A stretch of 63,249 nt of DNA, filler included, from Platydemus manokwari (taxonomy: Eukaryota), in assembly GCA_037951405.1 (NCBI GenBank). It is 5 parts of 5 records of this genome, joined end to end, with 100 filler letters (N's around TTAATTAATTAA, not from the genome) between each part and the next. Parts side by side here need not be neighbours in the genome. Positions count along the whole stretch, not along the records: positions 1 to 19,057 come from JBBMOY010111121.1; 4 more parts are not named here. One strand, written 5' to 3'. The notes under the pieces were generated by a model, which searched no databases, was not told the origin of the DNA, and worked only from the letters and a program-made list of their open reading frames with translations. The translations under genes were made by a program, and so were the position numbers. Shown one piece after another: positions 1 through 13,612 of the stretch. Every line of letters begins with the position of its first letter. Position 1 is the stretch's first letter.

Positions 1-295
1 AATCATGATTTCCTGGAAATTTTATAGCTTTTTGCAATACATCATCATTAATACTAATATTTTTATTCTCTAGATCTGGAACCAGCTATACAGTACAACA
101 TCAACTTCATAGCCACCACATAAATGTGATTTTCATTTCAATTTTTCGTTTTAAAAATCAGTAAAAATCATATCCTTTTATCATTATTTACACTTCGATT
201 TTTATTTACCAATCATCCTCAATGATACAGGGCGACAAAAAGACAATACAAAATCTGACAAATTATATTTCAAGAAAATCTCAAAAAAATATCAA

Positions 296-3200
296 TTATC
301 TTCTTATCTGTTTAAAAGCTTCATGCTCATGTGGCCCGTATTCACTCTTCTTGTGGCATTTCCTTGAATGAAAATTCCAATTAATTATTCAGTAAATGTG
401 AACGCGAAATGATGATTAATAAAAGGAATATTTTTTAAACACATTTTTTCAAATGGCTTTTTACAATAAAAATAAGCAAATTTCAAATTTTTATCAAAGC
501 TGCCAAAATCTTGGAAAATACCACATTAAATAATTAAATAACCATATTGAAACAAGTCTCCCAAGTGAAAGATTGACATATTTTTGGCAACCGAAGGTTA
601 AATTTATTGTGCTTTGCATTTTGATTTAATACTCTACTAATAATTTTAAATGAGTTATCCTACAAGTACGATGGGTTTAGTCATACCTATTGTTGAGTGA
701 GATGAAATCCTGCAAAAGAAAAATGGATTTGCACCTTGGAATCCTTGTTTAAGCATATTAAACATTTGCATACCTACAAAACCATACAGATATAGTAACA
801 AACCAATCACAGTGAAGGTAGATGGTAAACGACAATTGGAAAGAGGGACATAGCCATACAACACAAACAGGGATTGACCAATCCCACTCATGCAAAAATT
901 AATGAACCCAATAAAGGAACAAGGAAAAGCAAAGGTTGAATCCAAATGTGATACAAACATGGCAAAGAAAAAAATTGCGCACAGATCTCGATTATAAATT
1001 TCGATGTAAAGATGACCAGCTGACAGTTTCAAGTCGGGTTTTGTTTATATTTTTGAGAAGTAGGAGTATTAGTTTGATTGTATTCATGTATTTTTCTAAG
1101 TCGTACTGATTAGTATGCAATTTGGAAATAGCTTGTTTGTTTATAGCCCTCTAGTTTTTGGAGTCAGTAATTATTCAATTGTTCAGAAGTAACCCAAAGC
1201 TATCAAACTCACGAGCTATATAAAGGAAGTGAATTACAAGTGATAGAAGTAATATATAAAATTCAGATTGAAATTGGAGATCTACAAATCATTACCTAGA
1301 AGTTAGGCAACTGTGTTCTACTACAATGGCACTAGCTAGTTACTTACAACATATCCATCCACTACAAAGTAAAATTCTTCGTTAGAAATTACTTAATTAG
1401 CTATAGCAATTTGAACAAACTGGATGTCTCAGAAAGCTATTCGAAAAAATCATTGAGGATCCAATGATAGATTCCACCACTTATCTGGACTCGAGGACTG
1501 CGGCCTACCTATTTTTACAAGTAAAAACACCTGGTCAGAGATATTGCAAGAGAATATTAGAGTAATCCAGAACATTTCCACCGACTCTGGCCGTGACATA
1601 GTGGATGTTCTACTTAGCTACAAGAAAGGTGAAGAAATCCCAAAACTCCTATGGTAATGTATCAAGCGAAGTTACCAGGTCAAATGGAATAATCAAATAA
1701 GATGTGGTTAGCACAGAAAATCCACAATATCAATCTGTATATAGTGGAGCAAATTGGTATTCGTAGGCGGTGTTACCATTGCCGAATATTTCAGGCTTGA
1801 TGATTGTATAATATCAACAACAATCCTGGGAATGGAATATTTTAAAAATCGTTGCGAAAAAATTTGTAAATTCATTTTGAAAATACGATTTTGATTTTTG
1901 AGAAATGGAGATGCTGAAAAATTAAAATTTTAACTGTGAAATATTTGAAATAATTTTTTGACAATAAATGATGCAATAAATATCGAAAAATTATAAATAT
2001 AATAAAATATTAAAATAATGAAATATTATTCTCGGCGTACCTATAGCAAGAATCACAATATAAATCCCCATCACAGTCATGACAACGCCACTTGGCATCT
2101 TCAGTGCATAAACAACAATATGGTAATTCTTCGATGTTATCATTTGATGGTGTGAAATTAGCAGATGGTTGGAACTTGTTTTCGATCTTGATTTCATCCA
2201 TTAACTGGTCGATTATTATTATTAAATAATAATAATAATATTTAAAATAAAATTGAAAATTATTAATAAATAATAACATTACTAAAACATAATTAAACAT
2301 AATTATAATAATAGTAACGTGGTAAACAAACACGTTGTATTTGTTAAAATAAGTGATTAGCGAAAAATGACAGTTTTTTAAATAAATCTTATGAGTGTTA
2401 ATATCAATGACGTAACTGGAGACCACGTCATTCAAGTAAATGCAATAACCAAGAATCAACAGAAAAAGCAATTATTAGAGAGCTTGTAAAACAAGTACAA
2501 GAGGCTCTAAATTTCAATATTCGAAAATTTGATAGAAATGTCAATGATTCCGCTAAGCGGATAAGACACATAGGAGTGTCCATTGATTAATAGTCTAAAG
2601 TGGATTCGATTTACTACTTTCAGACGAGACAGATATACTGTGGAACAATTCAAATTGGATGACACGGCAGAAGAGACGACTAAATCGTGATTTGAAGATT
2701 CACAATAAAAAAAATCGTTCATGGATATGATTTTCGATCTTGCAAATGTTCAACAATCGGAGAGATTAGATCTAGGCAGAACCAATGTAGTGATTCACGA
2801 TATTATAACTACCGGTAATCCTATTTGACAGAATCCCAGGAGACAACCTATGCACTTAGAAGCAAAAATGGAATATGTGGTTAAAAAAACCCGAAAAAGA
2901 CTACGCAATAGTGCAATTAGATATTTAGCCCAACTACAAATAAAGTCCGAGATAATGCATAAGATCCAGAAAACACGAAATAAGTATCAAGAAATAGTGG
3001 AGACGATCACATTTTAAACGGTGAAATAATTTTAACTAGGATTCTGGAATAAGCATTCACTTTCGAGAATTAAAAATAATTTGAAGGTGGTTGACAATAC
3101 GCTGATGCTAGAAAAAGGGGGTTTGGTTGTGATAATCCCAAAAATTTTCGAGGTTCTATTCGTCTAGATAATTCACCAGGAACTATACCACTTAGGCATA

Positions 3201-6190
3201 AAGAAAACTTTGTATATTTTGGATGGCATTTTAGATGTTAACATTATTAAAGAGATACTGAAAGAATGCATTGTCTGTATAAAGAGGAAGGTTTATCAAT
3301 CAGGAACTAGGGAATTTCCGCTTACTCAGGTAGGCTCTGAGTTTCATAAGCAAATAAGGGTTGATATTGCCCAAATGGACCCAGTGCATAGTACCGCGAA
3401 GTAACAAGTACTCATTGTCGACAGGTTTAGCTAACTGGTGTGCCTACCTGCTACATCCAACCAAGACCTAAGGACAATCTTCCAGGACAAACTAAACTAG
3501 TGAATTTATTGATTGGGAAAATAAAATGCATTCTATCTGATAACGGGAAACAATTCGGAGAAAAATTTATGAGGGAGGCGTGCTCTAAACTGGAGATCAA
3601 ACAAGAATTCAGAATTAATCAAATGAATTAGAAGAGAATATCAGCTTCCTTAAAGGGTAAAATCTCAAAGATTAGTTGGGCTGAACTGTTGTCAATAATA
3701 GAGTTCTGCCCATAACGCAATTCATCAATCAACAACTAAGTTCTTATCCTTAGAAATAATCTACAGATGGAAAACAATGTCCATGAGGACGTGAGTCAAA
3801 ACAACTAGGCTCGAGTGGTTATTCTAGCAGCAACAAGAGAAAATTATAAAGTGCTATCCAACATAATGTCTAACCGAACTTGGGGAGAAGAACATATCGA
3901 ATTTTTCAAGTGGGAGAGACGGTGCTAGTTCGCGTAGGTCCTCGTAAGAGAAAAAAATAATTGATACCAGTACGAAGACCCTTATCGAATTACCGCATTC
4001 AAGTCAGGCTGACTAGTGGAAATACAATTTCCTCATGTGATAAAATTCAGACGGATTGAGTAGCTGAAAAGATGGGGCGGATATTAAGAGAAGGCGAGTA
4101 GCATGATTAAATAAACAAACACATTATATTTGTTTAAATAAGTGATTCGCGGAAAGTGCAGTTTATAAAATAATATTAATGATGTAACTATAATTATGAA
4201 AATGATAATCACTAAAAATAGGTTTAATAAAAATTATAATAACGACAATAAGTAACAAGTAATAATAATGATAATAACAACCAAATGACTTGATAATTAA
4301 TATAAATATTCAAAAAATAAAAAAACACAAAGGTTTGCTGTGTACAATGAACGCTTTTTAGTAAAAGAATTAATGTAATAATTTTAAAATAATTTTGATT
4401 AAAATATTTTATTTTTATATAATATTATTTCTGATCAGGAAGGACATTATTTATATTATTTTAGAGAATCTTTTAATTTATTTAAATAATCTGTTTTGTC
4501 AAAAATATATTCTAGTAAGAGTTTTAATGAGTGGTTTTGATAATTCTGATAATTTAATCGATATAGTCACCGCTACAATAGTATTTTGATTATTCTGACA
4601 ATTTAATCGATATAGTCACCCCCTACCATCGTATTTTGATTATTTTGACAATTTAATCGATATAGCCACTGCTACAATAGTATTTTGATTATTCTGACAA
4701 TTTAATCGATATAGTCACCCCTACAATAATATTTCATTAATTTCTGTCAAGTAATTAATTGTCCTCGTCTTCACCAAATTCAATAATATCGATCTTACAG
4801 CCATCGTTAAAAGACTGTTTTATTCAAATTGATAAATCATATCGATTATCATATAAATTTTAACATCAGATGAATTAATGTCAAAATTTTAATTTTCTAA
4901 AAATGTAATAAATTACGTAATAATGGATTTCCACGAATATTATTGATTTATAGTTACATCACATCATTAACATCAATAAAAAAGTCAGCGCACCAGGAAA
5001 TACAGCCGAATTAGTTTGTTTCTGAGTTCAGAAACTGAGAGAGAGATGCGTGTTACAAATATGTTAATCAAATAATAAATCGAAATAATCAAGCAGCGTA
5101 CAACTGCTAAATAAATATTTATTTACAAAATACGGAAATAATAAATAAACCGACACATTTATATGATAATTATGGCGCTCACCTTATCAATAATTTTATT
5201 TGAATTATAATAATCATCATTGTTCGGAATTGTTGACGTTTTGTCCATTGCTTTCCCTCCTTTCAAATTATCCAATCGTTTCGCAATTTCATCAGTACAT
5301 TTTTCCGATTCCAATTGCATTTTACCATCTAATTTTACTTCTTCTTGAGCTCGATTCAATAAATTATTTATCTGATCTTGATCAGTTTGTGATTTCACAT
5401 AGAACTGTGCTGCATATGGCTGAACCGATATAAAAATTCCAACAATTATCTCTAATAATTCATTTTACTTTTGAAGTGTCACTCTAAAGATACAAAAATT
5501 AATGAAATGAAAATGATTTCTGTTTAATAATTACAGTGTTTGTTAATCCTTTCAAATTTTGAAGACGCTTTTCCAAATCTTCAGTCGTTGTCGTTTTTAC
5601 TTTAAATCAATGTTAAATGTTGAAAATCCATATAAATGTTTTACCGTCGTTTGTACGAAGATTATTTAAGCGACTTTCAATTTCTGAGACATTCGATTTG
5701 CTTTGCTTCTTAATATTACTTTCTTTGAGTCTGCATTACATTTATAAAAATTTTAAAAACTCGATAAATTACAATCACCAAGAATCGAAAATTTTTAAAT
5801 ACTCCTTTATAGTACACAAATAATAAATTAATATGAATTTGACATTACTAATAATAACACAACCATAAATAGAATATATTTTACTTTTGAAGACTTTTAG
5901 GAATATCAACATTTTCGTTCGTTTTTACTCTAGAAAAAACTGTAAAAATAAAAGACAAGAAAAAATTACAAACGAATCAAAAGCATGACATTTTTGACAG
6001 ACTTTAATTACTTCATTGGAAGTTTGGATTTTAATTTTATATTTTAAACACTTTGAGCAGAATGAAAAGCGGCATTTCTTACATGTATACTAGAATAAAA
6101 CATTTTCCAATGTGTTTAAAAATAAAATTCAAGTGGAAATACATCTTTATTTAACAAGCCAAAAGACTGATAACACTGATAGCAAGACAT
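296..6190 (-). CDS. ZFYVE19: Abscission/NoCut checkpoint regulator (FYVE + C-terminal B-box-like zinc finger), multi-exon
   Basis: Spliced exons: 6190-6143 MSCYQCYQSFGLLNKD; from 6089 YTCKKCRFSFCSKCLKYKIK...KVCQKCH (FYVE type); several coiled-coil exons at 5180-5940 (e.g. DQINNLLNRAQEEVKLD); ~2200-2041 EELPYCCLCTEDAKWRCHDCDGDLYCDSCYR; last exon 362-296 KCHKKSEYGPHEHEAFKQIRR*. Junctions checked are GT-AG. The architecture matches ZFYVE19 (EELPWCCICNEDATLRC..CDGDLFC..C). Confidence 0.88.
1150..1830 (+). mobile_element. Degenerate gag-like retroelement remnant in ZFYVE19 intron
   Basis: Higher GC, purine-rich, stop-riddled; partial zinc-knuckle-like RRCYHC at ~1762-1780. Confidence 0.3.
2311..4189 (+). 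mobile_element. Degenerate, internally deleted Ty3/Gypsy LTR retrotransposon in ZFYVE19 intron
   Basis: Diverged direct repeats at ~2311-2416 and ~4099-4189 (aaacaaacac..tatttgtt.aaataagtgatt...aatga.gtaact). PBS-like TGGAGACCACG follows the left repeat and a purine tract precedes the right one. Pol fragments: DLGRTNVVIHDIITTGNPI*QNPRRQP (pre-RT), HQELYHLGIKKT...KECIVC (integrase HHCC), ILSDNGKQF (integrase core), FQVGETVLVR. Confidence 0.85.
4551..4735. repeat. Minisatellite, ~4 copies of a ~49-bp unit
   Basis: Unit aatttaatcgatatagtcaccgctacaatagtattttgattattctgac is repeated head-to-tail with few changes. Confidence 0.9.
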
Positions 6191-7559
6191 GTTGATACTT
6201 TTCGTATATAATTTAATTAATTAATTAATTTGTATTAAATGTATTATTAAAGGAAATATTTGAATAAATATATTCACAAGAACTAACCATTATTTAAACA
6301 AATAATAATGAGATATATTAGTTTAGTCTTTTGTTGAGCTATTTTCAACCTTACATTAAAAGTTTACGTCCTACTTGCCAGAATTTAATGAAGAAAGTTT
6401 TGGGAACAATTCTACGCTTTGGAAATATTAAATCATTTTCTTTGTAACTTCCGAAAATAATTAATTAATATTTTATTCATTTTACAGAGAATCAAAAAAT
6501 ATATTGCAAAATTTGGAGATGAATTTATATTTAATATTTTCTGAAAACAGAAAAAAAATATTTTCCTTAATTGAATTTTAACAAAATAATTTTGGTTTTA
6601 AAATGGAAAGAACCTTTTAGCTATTTAATTAAATTTATAAACAAAAGTCTTCATTAAAATGAATGCCAGGATTGTTTTCCAAGTTAGATGATTTTTCACA
6701 ATTATTTCACTCGTCAATTCAAATCTAAATTCTTGCTAAAGTGTAATTTAAAAACATAACAACATTGCTGTTTCGCAAATATTGTGACCTAATTTAGACA
6801 TAGAGCATATTTGTGATATTTGTACTAAAATTATAAAAATATACATCAAAATTTCAAAATATAAATCAAATACAAATTAAAATTTAATTAATTATGGTTT
6901 CACCCATTTTATTTTATAAAACAAAGTCACCACGATACCTTATGCCTTATGTCAGACAAAATATTTATTGAATTGAGACTTTGTTGGACATGTTTTTGTG
7001 TAATTTTGATTATTGTTGACATACTTTATTAACAATTTTCCAAATACCGAACATATCTAATATTCACAACTACAAATGAGAAACTTCGCACTATTTCGAT
7101 GCATGACAATGTAACTATTACTGAATTTTAGATCTTTTTCCGTTTACTTTATTTATGATTTTTATTATTTCTAAACATAATTTTTCAACTTTCATGTCAT
7201 GAATTTTCAAATTACATAAAAATCTTCTCACATACTGCTATGGCTTGACGGAAATTGTTTTTCATTTCAAAAGAATCTGAAAATTCTTCAGTGGTTTTCA
7301 GAAATTCTCATCACTGTCATTATATCATTAATAATTTCTTCAACTGTTCTTCATATTCATGCATGCCAAACACACATAAACACAGCTAACTGTTTGATTA
7401 TATTTTGTATTAGAATTCTTGATTTTCGTTATTTCAACGAATAACGAAAGCGCTGTTTGGCAAATATTGTGATCTAATTTCAATGTTGTGCATATTTGTG
7501 ATATTCGTTTAGTGTGTGATTTGATTGATAGTTCTTTCTTATACTTTGACTATCATTTT

Positions 7560-8750
7560 TCATCAATAAATGACGTTTTAAAATTATTTTTCATGGAAAT
7601 GGATGTTCGGCCATCATTATATGACTTTTCCACTGCACGAAGAAGGCAATAACTATCCATCAAATCACACATAGAACAAAACATTTATCCAATTTTTCAG
7701 CGATATTTTCAAATTTCCTTTTCTTTCTAAAACAGTTTAAAGAAATCACAATTAGAATGTGAAAAAAACTATAGCTGTTTGAGAGCCTTGCAAATTATCA
7801 AGTACAAATTCAGACTGAAAGTTTAAATTATTGAAATCGCACAGAATCATATCTGAGGCTAAGGCGATCACGCATTAGGTCTTTTCCGCTGTTAGGGATT
7901 CCATCGATGATAATGGAATTTGTTTTCCCAGCTGGTTTCGACAGTATGAGATGTACCATTGCACATTTTCAGAAATTCCTTCGAAAAAATCCTTTGATCA
8001 GATAATAAAATATACTTACCAACCTAATTATTGAAGTTATCAGATATTTCGAAATCATTAAAGCCAACAAGACTAACGAACAAACTAGACAGCTCTTGAA
8101 AAATATATTTATTGAACAACATAATACATTAAACTGATTAAACTAGTCGTTAATCGCTCTAGATATGGTCTAACCAATCATAGTTAAGTTTTTGATCTTG
8201 TCCCCGATGTTGTTGTAGCCGACGTTCACGATCCTATCAACTTAGGAAGAATGGTCTAAATCAAAATTCAGAGTTGGAGATCCAAAGCTTTCAGATGAAT
8301 TGCTTGACGAAGCTTTAATTCCAGACACAATAGAGATTCAAAATGCTGCAGTTTGTACCTCAATACAGAATACGTCTGTAAGGCACTCAAACATATTACT
8401 GAATCTCGCTTACCATTGAGTCTCGTACAATAGAAAAATTGGTAATCCGAATTCGCACGATTGTCCAATTCATATTTTCAAGCAATTTCTTCTAGAAACT
8501 GGAATATAATTCAACCAATCCTCATGAATTATATCATAATTATTTCGTACTTAAATTTCAAACATTTGTATCCTTTATGGACGATCGCAGTTAGGGATCT
8601 TGACTTGATCAGGAATACACACTCAAAATATCGTCCTTTCGGCATTATCCTTTGATGATGCCGTCGTGTAGTTGTGCTATAATTGTGCTATAATCAATTA
8701 CCCTTTGATATAATGATCCCCGAAAATATAATCCTTTCTAGGATTTATCT
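7560..8750 (-). pseudogene. Endogenous parvovirus/densovirus-like NS1 (SF3 helicase) fossil
   Basis: Minus strand reads (EFLK)/CAMVHLILSKPAGKTNSIIIDGIPNSGKDLMRD (Walker A at 7902-7879). After a frameshift it reads DFNNLNFQSEFVLDNLQGSQTAIVF and later DFFKLF, the motif order of the parvoviral NS1 helicase. Outer limits are approximate. Confidence 0.65.
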
Positions 8751-9284
8751 AAACAAGTATTTAGTCCAGTATTAACATATAAAATGTATCTCATGATCAA
8801 TATTTTATAAAAGATTTAAAATAAATGGGTTACAACATGTTTTAACCGCCAGTGAAAAGTCTTAGATATCAGATCCAAAGATACCAAACAACCATCAACA
8901 TGAAATAATTCGGTCAAGTTGTGAACACAATAACTTTTCAAATCATACTTTATGAGAGATTAAACTTCAAAAAGTACAGTAATTCTTTTCGTAACATGTC
9001 TCATTTTGTCTTGCAACGTCCTAGACACACATTGGGCGTTTAGAATATTTATCAATTAAAGATCTTCATACTTTTTGTCACCTTGAAAATTGTAATTTTT
9101 AACATTTTTCAATAGCCTGTAATAAAAAAAGAACAAACGAATAAAAATTCTATAAATTAATTCCAAAATTATTATGTAGATTAGTTCGAATTTGAACTGA
9201 CGAATATCTCTACTTCTAAATGAATAACGATTCCTTATTTTGATCAAATCACATTTAAATTGAAATAAATAATGATGAGGATAG

Positions 9285-9642
9285 TGAAGACTTAAAAATT
9301 TAAAAGATTTATACATTAACATCAAAAGATATTAATTTATTTAAATAATCGTGGTTAAATATAAAGAAGGTGTGAAGAAGATATAAAAATATAAAGAAAA
9401 AACAAAGACAGAAGAAATAGAAATTTTCATTTAGAAAATGCAATGCAGAGATAATTATGAATAAATAGAAAATCGAAAATTTTAAAGAAAGAGGAAGGTG
9501 ATACTTTAAAATTTTAAATTTCAAAGATTTTATAAATTAATATCAAAAGATATTAATTGGTTTAAATAATCGTAGTTAAATATATTTTTGTGTCGAGACT
9601 TTTCATTTCATTTTCGGTTTATAATATAGTAGCAGCTAACTA
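9285..9642 (+). mobile_element. Degenerate TRIM-like/LTR remnant related to the element at 44641-45251
   Basis: ~60-bp direct repeat (9303-9363 vs 9523-9585) with a purine tract aaagaaagaggaagg before the second copy. The 3' end tgtcgagacttttcatttcattttcggtttataatatagtagcagctaac resembles the LTR end tgtcaagtcttttcagttcgttttcg..tttataaaatagtagcggcttac. Confidence 0.5.
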
Positions 9643-10699
9643 TACATAAAAAATCCATTTTTGGCATTGATGTGCACAAATTCAAATTTAAATAGATTTG
9701 ATAAAAAACAGTTTATCAAAGCAGTTTAGAAAAATTAAGTAGGTGATTTTATTGATGGTATTACAATTCGTATAAGCATTTTTTCCAATATGATCAGAGA
9801 ATACTAGAACAAGGGCCCTAGTAATTTTCACTGATATGGAAAAATTGCAAGTCAACAGAAACTAGCATCTAGTTGATTCACTATAAATTAACTCAAGTTA
9901 ATTTCATTCTAAGTTAACACCTAGTTATCTTTATTACAATTAATACATAAAGTATGGAATAGAAGATCAATCGAGCCAATATCTTAAACGAAACCATTGA
10001 GACAGTATTCAAAAAAGTGTCAAAGTATATATAATAAGCACGCTTGATTCTCCAAATGAATATTTTTTATTTGATTATTATTTTTAGCTGATGCATGCCT
10101 ACTGAAAGCTAAAGCACCAAAATGCACCTATGATATAGGAGACTGGAGAAAAACTATCAATCAAATACATGAGAAAGTTTTCGAATGAATTTCACAAATA
10201 AAAAATAATACTTTGAACAGCAAGTTAGTTCACATAATAGATCATATGAAATGAGTCAGTTCTCTCGAATAATTGGCAGTCTTTTATGGCCGATATTTCT
10301 GGTGTGATCATCATTCAGTGGTTATCCTTTATTTTAGTGATCATCTTAATTTTATTATTGAACATTCTTTCTTCTTGGAATAATAATAATTCATTTTCGT
10401 TGTAATTATCAGTGATTTTCAGACTTGAAATTGCGGTAATAAATGAAATTACAATTTACTGAATTACTTTTCATTTATTTAATAATATAACAGAAGCTTT
10501 CAGTTCAAATTTGAATATTATTATCACGATACTAGTTAATAGATATCAAACATATTTAAATTGTTTCCTTAAGTTTTATTTATTAGTAATCCACGTTAGA
10601 ATATTGTGCCTTAGTAAAATTAAGGAATATTTACAGCTATAAAAAACATTTTTACTTAAATAAACAGATCTCATTACTAACAAGTCTTTTGACAATAAA

Positions 10700-11820
10700 A
10701 CCGCCTACCGTGCAGATTCTATTAATTCATAAACCGAATCTATTATAAGAAGCTTTTTCAAAAAGAGCTGATGAAGATTTAAATGCGAAATGCACAATTT
10801 AACAGATTTAAGTTGTTAGCTGGGTTGTTTTGAAAAGGTGAAACTAAATTATCATCTTCTCTCTACTAATGTACTACAAAGCAAGAATTTTATTGAATAA
10901 TTTCAATAAAGGAGGATTAAATATAAAGAATACAAAACTTTTAAGGAGAGCGTGGATAAAAGAAGATATGTTTGATTTAATTGAACGGGTTGTGAAGGTA
11001 GCAAAATTATAGCTATAAATTTGGAACCGCTAATGTGCCACAAGTGAACTAGGTGAGGTTCACAGGTAAAATAAAACCAACCATAAATAAGAGTTCGTGA
11101 CAAAAGATTATAAAAAATATTTGAGACAATACCGATATGAAAAGAATCAATTGGAATACTTTGTGGTGTATGTTTTAGTGAAGAATTTTGGGAATAGGCA
11201 TTGGTGGCAGAATGATAGAAATAGAGAAAAGTAACGAGGCTATGTAGAATATAGAAGACCGGGAATGTCATAGATTAGACCACAATAGAAGATGCAATAA
11301 TCATAGAAATAATCAGTTTGGAATTGGAATGGAAAAAAATCTTGAATTAGAACATAAATTAGAACTTAGTAACATTGCCGAATCCATCAATGCCAAATAT
11401 GAAAACTTAAGGAAATCTTTTTAATGCTATTTGTAAAACAGAGGAAAAAAATAAAAAATGTAGCGAGTTGCATGGGCAAAAACGTAAGCAGGGTTAATAT
11501 AAAAGAAGTGAAGCATGGAAATACAGAGTTAACAGAGAAACATGTTAATATTGAACTTTTGAAATCGAGTTAAATGACAGTAAGAATTCCTTCGATTATG
11601 CTTGACTGCAAAGCCTTTAATCTTTAAGATGACTATGAAAAGTCAAAATATCTAAATGTACAAGTCATTATTAATACCATCGGTACAATAGGCCCTGGAA
11701 GTAAAGTCAATGCCAAAACACCAAATGGGCAATGAGAGGAACACGTGATTGAATGATCAATATAATAGTTTGGGTTATAGCGGCAAAGGTTACTTTGCAA
11801 GGACGGTGACAGATATGAGA
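10700..11820 (+). mobile_element. Probable highly decayed retroelement-derived sequence
   Basis: Purine-rich, higher-GC block with codon-like composition and many stops; no diagnostic motif recovered. Confidence 0.25.
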
Positions 11821-12642
11821 GATCATATCACATAATTAAATTTATAAGTTCATTTATATCTAAAAGATTTCCTTGTAAAAAATAACTGTTATGATTGAAT
11901 GGTTTTAAACACTTCAAAATTTATTTTAGAAGGACATTAGGATCTATTAGATGGATAACGGAATTTTTATATTGTTTTAAAATTCAGAGTTGAGCGTTTG
12001 GTACAACTATCTTTATTAAATAAATATTTACATTATCTTATTATTTACAAATAATAAAATAAATAATAGTATATAATGAGTGTGTATATTCTTAAGCAAG
12101 CTTAGCATTATCTCTCATCTGAGTCCAAATGAAAATTAATACCTTGTCACTGAATAAATATTTATTTATAACAGAGCTGGTTATATACTTCAACTGCTTA
12201 ATTCTGTTGTCTATTTATTCAGTAAGGATCATAAGCTATAGATTATCTCTAACCATCACTTCGTTATTTTAAAATGGGTATCTTGTAACTCAAAGAATCA
12301 ATCTTGCTTAGGACCATTTAACACTTGAATCAAATATACTTATCCAAAAGGCTTTATTAACAACATTAGTAATCTAGGATAATAATAATATAAATAATAA
12401 TAATAATGATAATAATAATAAATAAATAATATACCATTAGTATGAACATCCTGCACTCTATTACCACACGTTTACAGGTTATTTTTTGATTACCATAAAA
12501 TGACACACTACTAGAAACTTTTACCAATATGAACTAATTTTTCAATTTCTGGTTTTAACTTTTTCTAATAAATTGCATTAATAGAATGAAAAGATATACA
12601 ATTGTAAAGGTAATATTTTTCTTACAAAAAATTTATTTCAGT

Positions 12643-13612
12643 TACCGTAAATAACGTGTATTAAGACTTACCTTTTTTGCAAAAAAATTCAGTCTTAAAT
12701 TCAGGGGGGTCTTGATCGGTGTAGTCAGCAACTTGGCTTGCTGGATCAACCATTAATGCATGTGATTTGCTAGTTTTCTGAATTTGGATTGTTCTAATAA
12801 TCACACAATTGATGAGAAAGGAGCCTAGACAATTGCAATTCGTACAACAAGTCATGAAAAAAGTCATTTTACCTGTGTTTTAACCTGTATGGCTGATAGC
12901 ACCAAGTTGCCTAAAGACAAAATCCCCCTGGAGTATTTATTCATGTTCATTCAAAAAGATGGATGGACCAGCAAGGCATGGAGATGTGATTTTATAAGGT
13001 ATGGTCTAGATGTCCTCGAGGCTTGTTGAAGAAGAAATCTCTTTTGGTTTTCCGACAGCTTAGAGGGCATTAGAAGGAAAAAGTAAAACAAAAGGCTGAA
13101 TAACTGAGAACCCAGTTAGTAGTCATTCCAGGTGGTCTCACAAGCCAATTGCAACCTCTTGATGTCAGTATCAATAAACCTTTTAAGGCAAACATGAAGG
13201 AGGAGTAGACCAAATGGATGAGTTAACCTAATTCAAACTTAACTCTATCGGCCTGTTGAAGAATCCAACAATCTCACAAGTCTACCAATGGGTGAAAACT
13301 TCATAGGATGCCATCAGAAAAGATGTTATCATTAAATCATATTAGTAATGCCTTGAATGGCTCTGAGGATGATGCTATTTTGCCCAAAATGATTACTTAG
13401 ATACAGATGATGGGGAAATTGATAATTAGCTACAAAACTGGTTAATCAGAAACAGAAGATATGTTTGAGAGTGGAGAAGAATTTCATGGTTTATATGACG
13501 AATAAAGTAAATTAGGTTTTTCTAAAATTTTTGATTTAAAAATGAGGGATCTTAATAAATGTACGATCTTAATACATTTCTATGGGGTTTTAAAAGAGAG
13601 GTAAATATGGCG
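12643..13612 (+). mobile_element. pogo/Tigger-family DNA transposon remnant (DDE transposase pseudogene)
   Basis: Translation LRTQLVVIPGGLTSQLQPLDVSINKPFKANMKEE*TKWM at ~13105-13220 is a canonical pogo DDE motif. Left end TACCGTAAATAACGTGTATTAAGAC is TIR-like; the right end (gtaaatatggcg) is degenerate. Confidence 0.85.

Noticed and set aside
655-1032. 125-aa hydrophobic ORF
   Set aside because: No motif, non-ATG start, and it lies in a ZFYVE19 intron; likely the antisense of purine-rich TE debris.
4551-4735. CRISPR-like array
   Set aside because: The units are contiguous with no unique spacers, the context is a eukaryotic intron and there are no cas genes; it is a minisatellite.
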